A stretch of DNA of 63,227 nucleotides, filler included. It is 9 parts of 9 records of this genome, joined end to end, with 100 filler letters (N's around TTAATTAATTAA, not from the genome) between each part and the next. Parts side by side here need not be neighbours in the genome. Positions count along the whole stretch, not along the records: positions 1 to 6,438 come from SRR31147125_29904; positions 6,539 to 11,671 come from SRR31147125_29983; 7 more parts are not named here. One strand, given 5' to 3'. The position numbers were made by a program, and so were the translations under genes. This document shows, in pieces, positions 1 to 9,746 of the stretch (position 1 is its first letter; every line of letters starts with the position of its first letter). Below the pieces are notes generated by a model that was given only the letters and a program-made list of their open reading frames with translations, was not told where the DNA came from and made no database searches.

Positions 1-723
1 ATCCATTCCGGGTACCTTGTTTTTCATGTAGCGTGCCGCACCGACCGATTTCATCGGGGTGATGCCCGCCATGATATAACATTTCTTGTGCAGCCCCATA
101 TCGCGAACGCCTTCCATCCACTTCTCGAATTTTTCGACGTTGAAGATACACTGCGTCTGGATGAAATCCGCACCGGCCGCGATCTTCTTGGCCAGCCGCA
201 TCACCCGGAGCTCGAAGGGGTCGGCGAACGGGTTGGCCGCCGCACCGATGAACATCTTCGGAACCACGCCCTTGATGTCGGCACCACCCTGGAACTTCGC
301 GTCGTCCCTCATCTGCTTAACCATCTGGATAAGCTGAATAGAGTCGACATCGTGGACATTCGCGGCCATCGGATGATCACCGAATTTCGTGTGATCACCG
401 GACAGGCAGAGCATTGTGTCGATACCGAGCGCGTACGCGCCAAGGATGTCCGCCTGCATCGCGAGACGGTTGCGATCGCGCGTGACCATCTGCAGCAGCG
501 GGTGCATACCCTGCTGTTTGACCAGGACCGATCCGGCAAAGCTGGACATGCGGACCATGGCGGTCTGGTTGTCGGTAATGTTCACCGCATCGACCACGCC
601 TTCCAGATACTTCGCCTTTTCCACGACCGTCTCGGCCGACGCCCCGCGGGGAGGACCACACTCGGACGTGACGGCAAGATGGCCGGCGGACAGTACTTTT
701 TCGAGATTGCTTTGTGTTTTCAT
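1..723 (-). CDS. metF: Methylenetetrahydrofolate reductase MetF (3' end runs off window; missing from the ORF track)
   Basis: Manual translation from the ATG at 723: MKTQSNLEKVLSAGHLAVTSECGPPRG...VNITDNQTA...RDRNRLAMQ...LSGDH...ADFIQTQ. ATGA overlap with the metV stop. Confidence 0.93.
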   Translation of the reverse strand, partial: MKTQSNLEKVLSAGHLAVTSECGPPRGASAETVVEKAKYLEGVVDAVNITDNQTAMVRMSSFAGSVLVKQQGMHPLLQMVTRDRNRLAMQADILGAYALGIDTMLCLSGDHTKFGDHPMAANVHDVDSIQLIQMVKQMRDDAKFQGGADIKGVVPKMFIGAAANPFADPFELRVMRLAKKIAAGADFIQTQCIFNVEKFEKWMEGVRDMGLHKKCYIMAGITPMKSVGAARYMKNKVPGMD

Positions 724-1388
724 TCTGCCAAGTCCTCCCTGATAATCTTACGCGGCCCGCCGCCCCCGGCAGGCCTCCAGTCCTTCGCCGGCATAATCTC
801 CATATACTGATCCGTCAGCCCGAGTGCCTTGAGCCGCTCCCAGATCAGGTGCCACGCACATTCGACATCATCACTGATTTCACAGACGCCGTTTGCCGAC
901 CCGCCGCAGGGGCCGTTCATCAGCTGCTTCGCGCACTTGGCGATCGGACAGATACCGCCGGTCAGCCCAAGCAGGCAGTCGCCGCAGCCCTGGCAACGTT
1001 CGGTCCACACGCCGTGTCTCTCGGAACCGCCCATGAACTTCGTGTTGACGGCCGGAAATATCGGCTTTTCCTTGAACCGCATCGCGAGTTGCTGTACGCC
1101 GCAGCCGCAAGCCATGGACAGCACCGCATCGGCCGAATCGAGCATCGGCACCAGTTCTTCCACGTATTCGGGGTCGCACTGCCTCTCCAGCGTGTGCTCC
1201 CGGATCTCAATCGGGTTGCCATCCTTGAGCCGACTCATCTGCAGAGCCGACGCAAGCAGCCCGACCTCTTTTCTACCACCCGCCGCACAGACCGTTACGC
1301 ACTCGTTGCAGCCAAGCAGGAGAATACGCTTGAACGGCTTGATGTAGGCCAGTATCTCTTCAAGTGGTTTTCGTTCAGCTGTAATCAT
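720..1388 (-). CDS. metV: MetV, Fe-S/Zn small subunit of MTHFR (MTHFR C-terminal-like family)
   Basis: GCNECVTVC, ERQCD, ACGCG, CQGCGDC, CPIAKCAKQLMNGPCGG and ECAW Cys motifs; directly upstream of metF. Confidence 0.9.
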   Translation of the reverse strand: MITAERKPLEEILAYIKPFKRILLLGCNECVTVCAAGGRKEVGLLASALQMSRLKDGNPIEIREHTLERQCDPEYVEELVPMLDSADAVLSMACGCGVQQLAMRFKEKPIFPAVNTKFMGGSERHGVWTERCQGCGDCLLGLTGGICPIAKCAKQLMNGPCGGSANGVCEISDDVECAWHLIWERLKALGLTDQYMEIMPAKDWRPAGGGGPRKIIREDLAE

Positions 1389-1435
1389 TGTGGTTCACTC
1401 TCCTTGATATGTTCACACCGCGCCCGCCTGAGATC

Positions 1436-1855
1436 TCAGGCAGCGGCGGCCTTGATCGGACTCGGACCCATTTTTCTGATCTTCTCGGTCATCTCTGTTG
1501 CCACCTGGGCGAAACGCTCGCCCATCCCGGCCGAAATCTTGACCATTTCCAGCCGCTCAGGCTCGATGCCGATTTCCTTCAGATAGTCCTGCATATGAGT
1601 AACTTTCCGGGTCGCCTTGTCGTTGCCGTTCTTGAAATGGCAATCACCATCCAGGCAGCCGGCGACGTAGACACCGTCGGCCCCCTTCTCAAACGCCTTC
1701 AGGATATGCAGCGAATCCACCTTGCCGGAGCAGGGCACCCGGATGATCTTGACATTGGACGGGTAGACGAGCCGCTGGCTGCCGGCCATGTCTGCCGCCG
1801 TATAGGCGCAGTAGTGGCAGCAAAACGCTACGATTACCGGTTCGAACTGTTCCAT
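1436..1855 (-). CDS. mvhD: MvhD/FlpD [2Fe-2S] subunit
   Basis: FCCHYCAY..AD, RVPCSGKVD, GADGVYVAGC..GDCHF. Start moved to the ATG at 1855 (MEQFEP), which overlaps the hdrA stop as TAATG. Confidence 0.93.
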   Translation of the reverse strand: MEQFEPVIVAFCCHYCAYTAADMAGSQRLVYPSNVKIIRVPCSGKVDSLHILKAFEKGADGVYVAGCLDGDCHFKNGNDKATRKVTHMQDYLKEIGIEPERLEMVKISAGMGERFAQVATEMTEKIRKMGPSPIKAAAA

Positions 1856-4800
1856 TATGCCACCACCTTTTCGAATAGTTGTTCTATCTTTGAGAGGACC
1901 ATGTCGTCCTCGAACTGCATCAGCTGTATCGCCTTGGCCGGACATTCGGCGGCGCACATTCCGCAGCCGTGGCACTTGGCCGGATCGATTTCCGAGTAGC
2001 CGTCTGCGTTGATGAACGGGACGTCGAACGGACATGCCCGCACACAGATCAGGCAGGACGCGCAGAGCGTTGAATCCACCTTCGCCGTCGCCGCGCCGAG
2101 GTTGATCTCATCCCGCGCCAGAATAGTCTGCGCCCGTGACGCGACAGCCCTGGCCTGTACGAGACTCTCGGCGATCAGCTTCGGTGCATGCGCCGTTCCG
2201 GCCACGAAGAAACCGGGAACCGGCATATCGACCGGCCGCAGCTTAACGTGATCCTCGAGGAAATACCCGTCTTCGGTACGCGGCAGCTTGAAGATCATCG
2301 CCAGTTCCTCGTTGGAGTCTTCGTTGGCGACCAGCCCGGTGCTCAGGCACAGGCAGTCGGCACTGACCTTCACGTCGCGACCGAGGATGATATCTTTGTA
2401 CGTCACTTCCACACAGTCTCCGGCGGGATTAACCTCCGGCGGGCTGTCCTGCTGATACCTGACGAAAATAACGCCGCGCTCCCTGGCTTTCTGATAATAC
2501 TCCTCCTGAAATGCATAGGTGCGCATGTCACGGTAGAGGATGAAAATGCGCGCATCCGGGTTGACATCGAGCAGGTTCAATGCGTTTTTCACGGCATTCT
2601 GGCAGCAGATCCTCGAACAATTCGGATTTTCCTCGTTGCGTGAACCGACACACTGGATCATGACAACATTTTCCCACGACTTCGCCTTCTCTGGATCCTC
2701 GTGGATAACGGTCTGCATTTCCAGCTGGGTACAGATCGATGAACTCTGACCGAGCCCGAAGAGCTTCGGCCTGTTGGGCAGAGCTCCGGTAGCCAGGATG
2801 GTTACCCCATGCTCAATCTTGCGGTAAAACATCTGCCTTCCGACCTGCATCCCGGTTGTGAACATACCGGGCATACCGGCATGATCGACGATCATGCCGC
2901 CGGTGATAACCTCTACGTTGTCATGGGACTGGGTACGCTCGATCAGGTCGATCACGAAAGCCTGGACGTCGTCGCCTTCAAGCGTTTTCTTCAGACTGGC
3001 GGCAACGCCGCCGAGCTTGTCGCTCTGTTCAACGAGATACACCTTGAAGCCCTGATCGGCCAGCTCCAGCGCCGAGGTCATGCCGGTAACGCCACCGCCG
3101 ACGACAAGGACGTTCTTGTTAATCGGGAGGCTGTGCTCGGCCAGCGGATGGGCTTTGCAGACAGCGGCTACAGCCATGCCGAGCAGATCCGTGGCCTTGT
3201 CGAGCGCCTTTTCCGGCTGGTTCGCATGGACCCAGGTCACCTGATCACGGATATTGGCGAACTCCAGCAGATATTTGTTGAGTCCCGCTTTCCTGATCAG
3301 GTCCTGGAATTTGGTCTCATGGGTACGGGGCGAGCAACCGCCGATAACGACCCGGTTGATTCCCTGCTCCTCGATAGTCTGACGGATATGCGCCATCGAC
3401 TCGCGGCTGCAGCCGTGTCCCTCAGCCTGTGCAACAGCCACATGCTCGAAGCCGCCTACCCGTTCAACCAGAGCTTCGACATCGATAACCCCGCCGATGT
3501 TCTCGCCGCAGTCACAGACGAATACCCCGACTTTGGGCTCTTCACCGACCACGTTTCTCTCCGGCGGCAGGGACGGCACTTCCTCAACCTCCCGCTCCGG
3601 GGCCACGACATCCTTGCCGGCCATGCAGGCAGCGGCACTGGCCTGGACCATGGTCTCCGGGATGTCCTTGGGAGCCTCGAAGGTACCGGCCACATAGACG
3701 CCGGGCCGGCTCGTTTCTACCTGGTTCAACCCCGGATGAACCGGGAAATTGGAGTCGGTGAGCTCGATATCGAGCATGGTCGCCAGGTTGCGAACCTCTT
3801 CGCCGATCCTGAAACCGGTGGAGAGCACCACCATATCAAAGTTCTCGCTGACCAGTTGCGTCGAGTCATCGGTCGTGTACCCGAGCACGAGCTCGCCGGT
3901 TTCTCCGTCCTTCAGGATGGAGTGCGGTCGGCTGTGGATGAAGCTCACGCCAAACTCGTTTTTCGCCCGCAGCTGATAGCGCTCGTAATCCTTGCCGAAG
4001 GTGCGCATGTCCATGTAGAAGATCGTCGTATCGATATCTTCCTGGAACCGCTCCTTCGTCACCATCGCCTCTTTCAATGAGAACATGCAGCAGGCGCCGG
4101 AGCAATAAGGTGCCGCCCCACGCTGCAGCCCGCGTGAACCGATACACTGGATCCACGCGACCCGCTTCGGCGTCTCACCGGTGGACGGACGCAGCAGCCG
4201 TCCCCGCGTGGGGCCGGAGGCGGACAGGATGCGCTCGTATTCGAGACTCGTCACGACGTCTGCATGCTCGGAATAGCCGAGGTAGTCGAGACCGGACGGG
4301 TCGAACAGGGATGCGCCCGGAGACAGGACGATCGAACTGCAGGAAACATCTCCGCTGCTGCCCATGTCGTCGGGAATGATCGCACCGGCCGGACAGCATT
4401 TCACCAGCGCCTCGACATCCTCACACTTGGCCAGGTCTATGGAATAGGCCTGCGGAGTCGCCTGCGGATAGCGCATGCAGGTCGGGGCCCGGTGATCGAG
4501 ACCGGGGGTAAAGGAGACGCACTCGGGAAACGCACTGAGACATTCCCCGCAGGCGGTACATTTTTCAAGGTCGATATAACGGGGTGCGGTTTTCAGCGTT
4601 ACGGTGAAGTTCCCTTTCTCGCCGCTGACCGCCTCGACGCGTGTCATCGCCCTCAGTGAAATATATTCCTGACGGTTGCTCTCGGAGAGATGCGGAGCCA
4701 GCGTACAGAGGTCACAGTTGTTGGTCGGAAAGGTCCGGTCGAGCTGGGTCATCAGGCCGCCGATATTGTGGGAGGTATCCACCAGCACCACATTCTTCTC

Positions 4801-4896
4801 GGCTTCGGCCAGGTCCAGGGCTGTGCGAATGCCGCCGAGACCACCGCCTACGACAAGGACCGGGTTACTCGTTTGTGTTCTATGTGTATTTTGCAT
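1855..4896 (-). CDS. hdrA: Heterodisulfide reductase subunit A-like protein with two HdrA modules (1013 aa)
   Basis: Two GxGxxG FAD motifs (GGGLGG, GGGVTG), LDRTFPTNNC, two CxGSR...CSxxCC motifs, VFVCDCG, CSPRTHE, internal and C-terminal ferredoxin motifs. Confidence 0.92.
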   Translation of the reverse strand: MQNTHRTQTSNPVLVVGGGLGGIRTALDLAEAEKNVVLVDTSHNIGGLMTQLDRTFPTNNCDLCTLAPHLSESNRQEYISLRAMTRVEAVSGEKGNFTVTLKTAPRYIDLEKCTACGECLSAFPECVSFTPGLDHRAPTCMRYPQATPQAYSIDLAKCEDVEALVKCCPAGAIIPDDMGSSGDVSCSSIVLSPGASLFDPSGLDYLGYSEHADVVTSLEYERILSASGPTRGRLLRPSTGETPKRVAWIQCIGSRGLQRGAAPYCSGACCMFSLKEAMVTKERFQEDIDTTIFYMDMRTFGKDYERYQLRAKNEFGVSFIHSRPHSILKDGETGELVLGYTTDDSTQLVSENFDMVVLSTGFRIGEEVRNLATMLDIELTDSNFPVHPGLNQVETSRPGVYVAGTFEAPKDIPETMVQASAAACMAGKDVVAPEREVEEVPSLPPERNVVGEEPKVGVFVCDCGENIGGVIDVEALVERVGGFEHVAVAQAEGHGCSRESMAHIRQTIEEQGINRVVIGGCSPRTHETKFQDLIRKAGLNKYLLEFANIRDQVTWVHANQPEKALDKATDLLGMAVAAVCKAHPLAEHSLPINKNVLVVGGGVTGMTSALELADQGFKVYLVEQSDKLGGVAASLKKTLEGDDVQAFVIDLIERTQSHDNVEVITGGMIVDHAGMPGMFTTGMQVGRQMFYRKIEHGVTILATGALPNRPKLFGLGQSSSICTQLEMQTVIHEDPEKAKSWENVVMIQCVGSRNEENPNCSRICCQNAVKNALNLLDVNPDARIFILYRDMRTYAFQEEYYQKARERGVIFVRYQQDSPPEVNPAGDCVEVTYKDIILGRDVKVSADCLCLSTGLVANEDSNEELAMIFKLPRTEDGYFLEDHVKLRPVDMPVPGFFVAGTAHAPKLIAESLVQARAVASRAQTILARDEINLGAATAKVDSTLCASCLICVRACPFDVPFINADGYSEIDPAKCHGCGMCAAECPAKAIQLMQFEDDMVLSKIEQLFEKVVA

Positions 4897-4929
4897 AATA
4901 TTCGTTCAGTAATGAATTATCGGATCATG

Positions 4930-5802
4930 CTACATACCAGCCGCATCGAGGATATCGGGCAGTTTGTGCTCCCAGCCGAGGGTCTGCAGCATGACGCCCT
5001 GGGCCATCTGCTTGATACCGGCCAGCGTCTCGCCGGCGATCTTGATTCCTTCGAGCTCCCGGTCTGCCGATTTACGGATGCGCCTTATCATGTCGTCCGA
5101 GATATTGGCCCCCGGCTCACTGTTCGCAATGTACTGAGCGATGGCCAGCGACTTGATCAGGAACACGGTAGGGATGACCGGTACGCCGAGGTCTCCCGCC
5201 TTGTCCATGAATTCGCTGAACTTGTCGAGGTCGAACACCGGCGGTGTCAACACGTAACCGGCGCCGGCGCTGATTTTTTTGCGCGCCTGTTCCAGCTCAT
5301 CGTTCAGCGACGCGTCATCGCTGAACGGTGCGATCGTACAGCCGACCGTGAATGAGGGGGTTCCGTCGAGTTCAAACCCGCCCATGTCCTTGCCCTTGAC
5401 CAGACCATCAATGGCCTCAACGAGCTCAACCTCGTCAAGGTCGTACACCGGCTTCGCCTCCCGGTGATCGGACTGGCTCATATCCTCACTGTGGGTGACC
5501 AGCAGGTTCTGAATCCCCATCACGTGCGCGGCCAAAACATCGCCCTGCAGTGCCATGCGGTTGCGGTCGCGGCAATAGACATGCATGATGGCTTCAACTC
5601 CCTGCTGCTGCATCAGCACGCCCCCGGCCAGGGCGCTCATGCGCATGATACCGTTGTCCATATCGGGGATCACGACGCCGTCGATCCTGCCCTTTACCCG
5701 GCGTGCATCATTGATCAGCCGGGTTATATTTACCCCTTTCGGGGTATGCATCTCAGCCAGTACGACAAATTCCTGTGCGGATAATCGTTTTTGAAAACTC
5801 AT
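4930..5802 (-). CDS. Second, divergent MetF-family protein
   Basis: Collinear with the first MetF (RMSAL, CRDRNRMALQGD, KKISAGA) but GD is replaced by SE and TQ by TP. Confidence 0.85.
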   Translation of the reverse strand: MSFQKRLSAQEFVVLAEMHTPKGVNITRLINDARRVKGRIDGVVIPDMDNGIMRMSALAGGVLMQQQGVEAIMHVYCRDRNRMALQGDVLAAHVMGIQNLLVTHSEDMSQSDHREAKPVYDLDEVELVEAIDGLVKGKDMGGFELDGTPSFTVGCTIAPFSDDASLNDELEQARKKISAGAGYVLTPPVFDLDKFSEFMDKAGDLGVPVIPTVFLIKSLAIAQYIANSEPGANISDDMIRRIRKSADRELEGIKIAGETLAGIKQMAQGVMLQTLGWEHKLPDILDAAGM

Positions 5803-5859
5803 TACACTATTCCTCCGGTTAACTCTGAATGTGAGTTGTCCTTGCCAATATATCGGCCG

Positions 5860-6438
5860 CTAGAAGAGAGACGTCTCCGGGTGAAACACATCCACCTCTT
5901 TCAGGTCATCCTCCAGGTAGGCCCGCTCGTTCGGTCCGAGGATGCCGAGCGACAGACACAGCAGCGTCCAGATGTGTACCGTGCCGTATTTCGCTTCGTG
6001 ATGATGTCCCAGATCGTGCACCTGGGCATGACAGTTGTGGCAGCCGGTAATGCAGTAATCGGCGCCGGTCTCAATGATCTGATCATACTTGAGCTTGCCG
6101 TAATCCCGGCGGGCATCGGTGAATCCCGACTGCAGGAATCCGCCGCCGCCGCCGCAGCAGTAGTTGTTCGATTTGTTGGGCGTCATCTCGACGACGTTTT
6201 CTTCACCGACGATCGATTTAATCACAAACCGAAGATCATCGGCAACCTCGTCCCCATAGCCCTTCCTGACGATCTGACAGGGATCCTGGATGGTGAACTT
6301 GATCTTACGCTCGCGGTTCCATTCGGTGCTGGGCTTGAGGCGCCCTTCGCGGATCCACTTCGCATAATACTGATAGATGGATGCAACCTCGAAATTGTGG
6401 TCGATTCCGAATTTTTTCAGTCCGGCCCGGACTGAGAA
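5860..6438 (-). CDS. CCG-domain Fe-S protein (HdrD/TmcB/HmcF-like), 5' truncated
   Basis: Frame open to the contig edge: QDPCQIVRK...NNYCCGGGGG...GCHNCH. Confidence 0.8.
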   Translation of the reverse strand, partial: FSVRAGLKKFGIDHNFEVASIYQYYAKWIREGRLKPSTEWNRERKIKFTIQDPCQIVRKGYGDEVADDLRFVIKSIVGEENVVEMTPNKSNNYCCGGGGGFLQSGFTDARRDYGKLKYDQIIETGADYCITGCHNCHAQVHDLGHHHEAKYGTVHIWTLLCLSLGILGPNERAYLEDDLKEVDVFHPETSLF

Positions 6439-6538
6439 NNNNNNNNNNNNNNNNNNNNNNNNNNNNNNNNNNNNNNNNNNNNTTAATTAATTAANNNNNN
6501 NNNNNNNNNNNNNNNNNNNNNNNNNNNNNNNNNNNNNN
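6439..6538. other. Artificial contig spacer
   Basis: N44-TTAATTAATTAA-N44 with stops in all six frames. Identical spacers lie at 11672-11771, 17574-17673, 24004-24103, 33066-33165, 44859-44958, 50386-50485 and 57981-58080. Confidence 0.99.
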
Positions 6539-6600
6539 GGGACTTACCAAAACTGTCCGAAGTATTGTCACTGGAACCGCATTTGAATTAAGGAGGGAAA

Positions 6601-7768
6601 ATGAAGCTTCCTGATAAAGAGATGGAAACCATCCTGAACGGTATCCGGGATTTTATTTTAATCATCTCTCCGGATAAGAAGATCATCGAAGTGAATGAAG
6701 CGTTTCTAAGGGAAATGGGATACCGGCGGGAAGATATCATCGGCAGAAAATGCTACGATGTATTTCAGGAAGCGACGCGAAAAAGCAGTAACTGCCATCG
6801 GCTCTGCCCCCTTGAACGGGTCATTCGGGAGAAACGCCACTGCCAGGTGGAGCTCAGCCGTGTCGGCCCGAACGGAAAAGAGCGATATGCCGAGCTGACC
6901 ATATTTCCCATATGGAAGAAAAAGGGGAGATCTCCAATTTCATCGAGATCAGCCGGGATATTACCAAGCGAAAGCGGGATGAGCAGGAGATGACCCGGCG
7001 TCTGGAGAAAATGGTGGAGGAACGGACAAAGCAGTTGGACGCCACCCATGCCAAACTGCTTCATCAGGACAAGATGGCCTCCCTTGGAAAACTGTCTGCT
7101 TCGGTGGTGCATGAAATCAACAACCCCGTGGCCGGGATTTTGAATCTCACCATGCTCGGTAAACGAATCATCGAAGAGGGACCGGTGGGAGAGGAAGAAC
7201 TCTCCCTTTTTCAAAATATCTGGATCTCATGGAGACGGAGACCCGGCGCATCAGTCGAATCGTCTCCAATCTTCTGGTGTTTGCCCGTCAATCCAAAGTG
7301 GCGCCCAAGGCGTTGGACATGAATGCATTGATTCGGCAGACCCTTTTTCTCAATGCCAATCTTCTTAAAATCAACGGCATAAAGGTGAAGACGGAGCTGG
7401 ATGACGCCTTGCCCCCGTGCTACGGATCCGAAGATCAACTCAAGCAGGTATTCATGAATTTCATCTCCAACGCCGCCGAAAGCATGACTGCCACATCCGG
7501 AGGGACATTAACCGTCAAAACCGCCTATCACTCCTCCAGCGACACCGTGATGGTTCGTTTCTCCGATACAGGCACCGGCATTGCCAAAGAACATATTTCC
7601 AAACTGTTCGATCCGTTCTTTACCACCAAGAAAAAGGGAAAGGGGGTCGGATTGGGGCTCTCCGTGGTCTATGGGATCATCAATGAGCATGGGGGAACTG
7701 TATTTGCAGATTCCCAATTTGGGAAAGGGGCCACATTCAAAGTGACGTTACCCAGAAAGTCGCAATAA
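6601..7768 (+). CDS. PAS-domain NtrB-type sensor histidine kinase, split by two apparent indels (about 6915 and 7215)
   Basis: PAS (IIEVN..F..MGY..EDIIGRKCY), H-box HEINNP, N-box QVFMNFISNA, DTGTG, FDPFFTTK, GVGLGL across three ORFs; RBS AAGGAGG. Confidence 0.88.
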
Positions 7769-7800
7769 CGGCCTTGTCAGCCCCCTGACACAACAAAGCA

Positions 7801-7836
7801 TGAAAAGCCTCAAACCAATGAGCGTGAGGTTTTTCA
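7801..7836 (+). terminator. Stem-loop, probable terminator of the kinase gene
   Basis: TGAAAAGCCTCA...TGAGGTTTTTCA, 12-bp stem with one G-U pair, 33 nt after the stop. Confidence 0.45.
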
Positions 7837-7981
7837 CATAAATAACGATAAAGAAATGCCCTAATATTTTACAAACAATTATGGAGTACACTCCACAATC
7901 AGATTGAAACCGGAGGTTTATCCGGAACGGTCGACATCGAATCCCATTGTCGTTTTTCGGTAAAAAAAAAGGAGGAAGGAG

Positions 7982-9730
7982 ATGAGACAATCCATTGGAA
8001 AAATCGTACCGATACTCTTTATGATATTGGCTTTGCTGGGGATGTCGGCCTGTTCCGATAACAACTCCGGTTCAAACCGCACCCATTCCGGAAGCGGCAA
8101 CAGTGCAAAAACTTCGGAACCAAGTGATGAGGATGCGGACAGGGCCGTCAGCACATCTGGAAAGAAACCGGCATTTTTGATTCACGCCGGATCCGAGATG
8201 AGCGGTCTGGAGCCGATGATCAAAAAATGGGCGGAAAAGAACAATATCCCCATCCACATCGCCTATAAAGGCTCCATCGATATGATGCGACTGATGGCCG
8301 ACGGCACCGACACGTCCACCGATGCCTATTGGCCTGCCCATACCATCTGGTTCATTCTGGGGGATACCCGGCATGCGATCAAAAACAAACGCAGCATGAT
8401 GGTCTCTCCCATTGTGGTGGGGCTGAAAAAGAGTATTGTCGAGCGTCTGGGGTGGGACAAGGCAGATCCGACGCTGGAAGATTTTTTGAAGGCGGCAAAA
8501 CGAAATGAGTTTACCTACGCTAAAACCAGCTCCACCCAGTCCAATTCCGGTGCGTTGTTCCATCTGGCCGTGTGGTGGGCGTTTTCAGGGAAACCGGATT
8601 TTTTGAATATGGATATGGTTAATGATCCAGATATCCGGGCCAAGGTCAAAGAGATGGAATCAACCGTCGGCACCACATCCGGCAGCTCCGGCTGGCTGAA
8701 ATCAAAACTGATCGCCGACACGGATGCGTTGGATGGTATGGTCAACTATGAAGCCATGATTTCCGAGGCAAACGTGGGCTGGACAACCATCGACAAACAT
8801 ACGGGAAAGCCGGTTCACCACAAGGGGATCAAAGCGTTGGGAAAAGAGCCGCTCCATGTGGTCTACCTCCGGGATGCCACCATGATGGCCGATCACCCGC
8901 TTGGGTATGTGGATAAGGGAAATGCGGCAAAAGCGGACATCTTTGATGCATTGCAAAAATTTTTGCTCTCTACAGAAGCACAAAAGGAGATGATTCGCTT
9001 GGGTCGGCGGAATCGCCTGCTTGCGATGGATGCATCCCTTGCTGACAAAAAGGCCTTCAATCCCGATGACGGATTTAATGTGGAACGGGTCATCGCTCCG
9101 ATTCAGCCCCCCAGGGAAGAGGTGCTGACAGCCATCCTGGATCTCTACCAGGAAGAGATGCGAAAACCTTCAGCCACCTATTGGGTCATCGATGATTCCG
9201 GATCCATGTATAACAATGGCGGAAAACAGGCGGTTCAGGCGGCCATGTCCATTCTGTTGACGCCGGTAAAGGCAAAGCAATTCAAGCTCCAGCCCACAGC
9301 CAGGGATATTCATGTGATCATCCCCTTCAGCAGCAAGGCAGGGAAGGCGATTGAGGCATCCGGGAAAGACCCCAAAGTGCTCACCGCACTCATGGAGAAT
9401 GTCAACCGCATTCGAATGGGAGGCGGAACCGACATGTATAGCGGTGTGATTGCAGCACTGGAGAAGATCAAGCTGGGCGACGATCAACTGACAGGGCATT
9501 TCCCGGCCATTGCCGTACTCTCCGACGGAATCTCCGATGGAAGTCTTGAACGGATGATGGAGATTCGAAAAAGCCTTGGATTGACCCATGTGCCGGTTCA
9601 TACCTTAAGTTTTGGGGACGGCGTGGACGAAGCGCAGCTCAAGGAGCTGGCAGAGCTTTGCGGCGGCAGATACTTTTCCGGTAAAAAGGATGTGGCCCAT
9701 GCATTCCGGAAAATGAAAGGATATAATTGA
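7982..9730 (+). CDS. Lipoprotein: type II solute-binding domain fused to a C-terminal vWA domain
   Basis: Lipobox MSAC; AGSE, YKGS, SPIVVG, TQSNSG, SSGWL, NYEA, DHP motifs; intact MIDAS (DDSGS...GGTD...LSDG). Confidence 0.85.
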   Translation: MRQSIGKIVPILFMILALLGMSACSDNNSGSNRTHSGSGNSAKTSEPSDEDADRAVSTSGKKPAFLIHAGSEMSGLEPMIKKWAEKNNIPIHIAYKGSIDMMRLMADGTDTSTDAYWPAHTIWFILGDTRHAIKNKRSMMVSPIVVGLKKSIVERLGWDKADPTLEDFLKAAKRNEFTYAKTSSTQSNSGALFHLAVWWAFSGKPDFLNMDMVNDPDIRAKVKEMESTVGTTSGSSGWLKSKLIADTDALDGMVNYEAMISEANVGWTTIDKHTGKPVHHKGIKALGKEPLHVVYLRDATMMADHPLGYVDKGNAAKADIFDALQKFLLSTEAQKEMIRLGRRNRLLAMDASLADKKAFNPDDGFNVERVIAPIQPPREEVLTAILDLYQEEMRKPSATYWVIDDSGSMYNNGGKQAVQAAMSILLTPVKAKQFKLQPTARDIHVIIPFSSKAGKAIEASGKDPKVLTALMENVNRIRMGGGTDMYSGVIAALEKIKLGDDQLTGHFPAIAVLSDGISDGSLERMMEIRKSLGLTHVPVHTLSFGDGVDEAQLKELAELCGGRYFSGKKDVAHAFRKMKGYN

Positions 9731-9746
9731 TGAAGGAGAAAAGTGA

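Noticed and set aside
1436..4896. Selenocysteine in MvhD or HdrA
   Set aside because: Both ORFs are uninterrupted and the relevant positions are ordinary Cys codons; no in-frame TGA.
1855..4896. QmoA-QmoB fusion
   Set aside because: No aprBA or qmoC on the contig, MvhD is a separate gene, and the context is metVF.
88..6435. Long + strand ORFs (88-810, 714-1586, 2809-4080, 5791-6435 and others)
   Set aside because: Antisense shadows of well-supported GC-rich minus-strand genes, with no motifs.
6880..7240. Programmed frameshifting in the PAS kinase
   Set aside because: Two shifts in one gene, no stimulatory structure, and the same indel pattern throughout the window.
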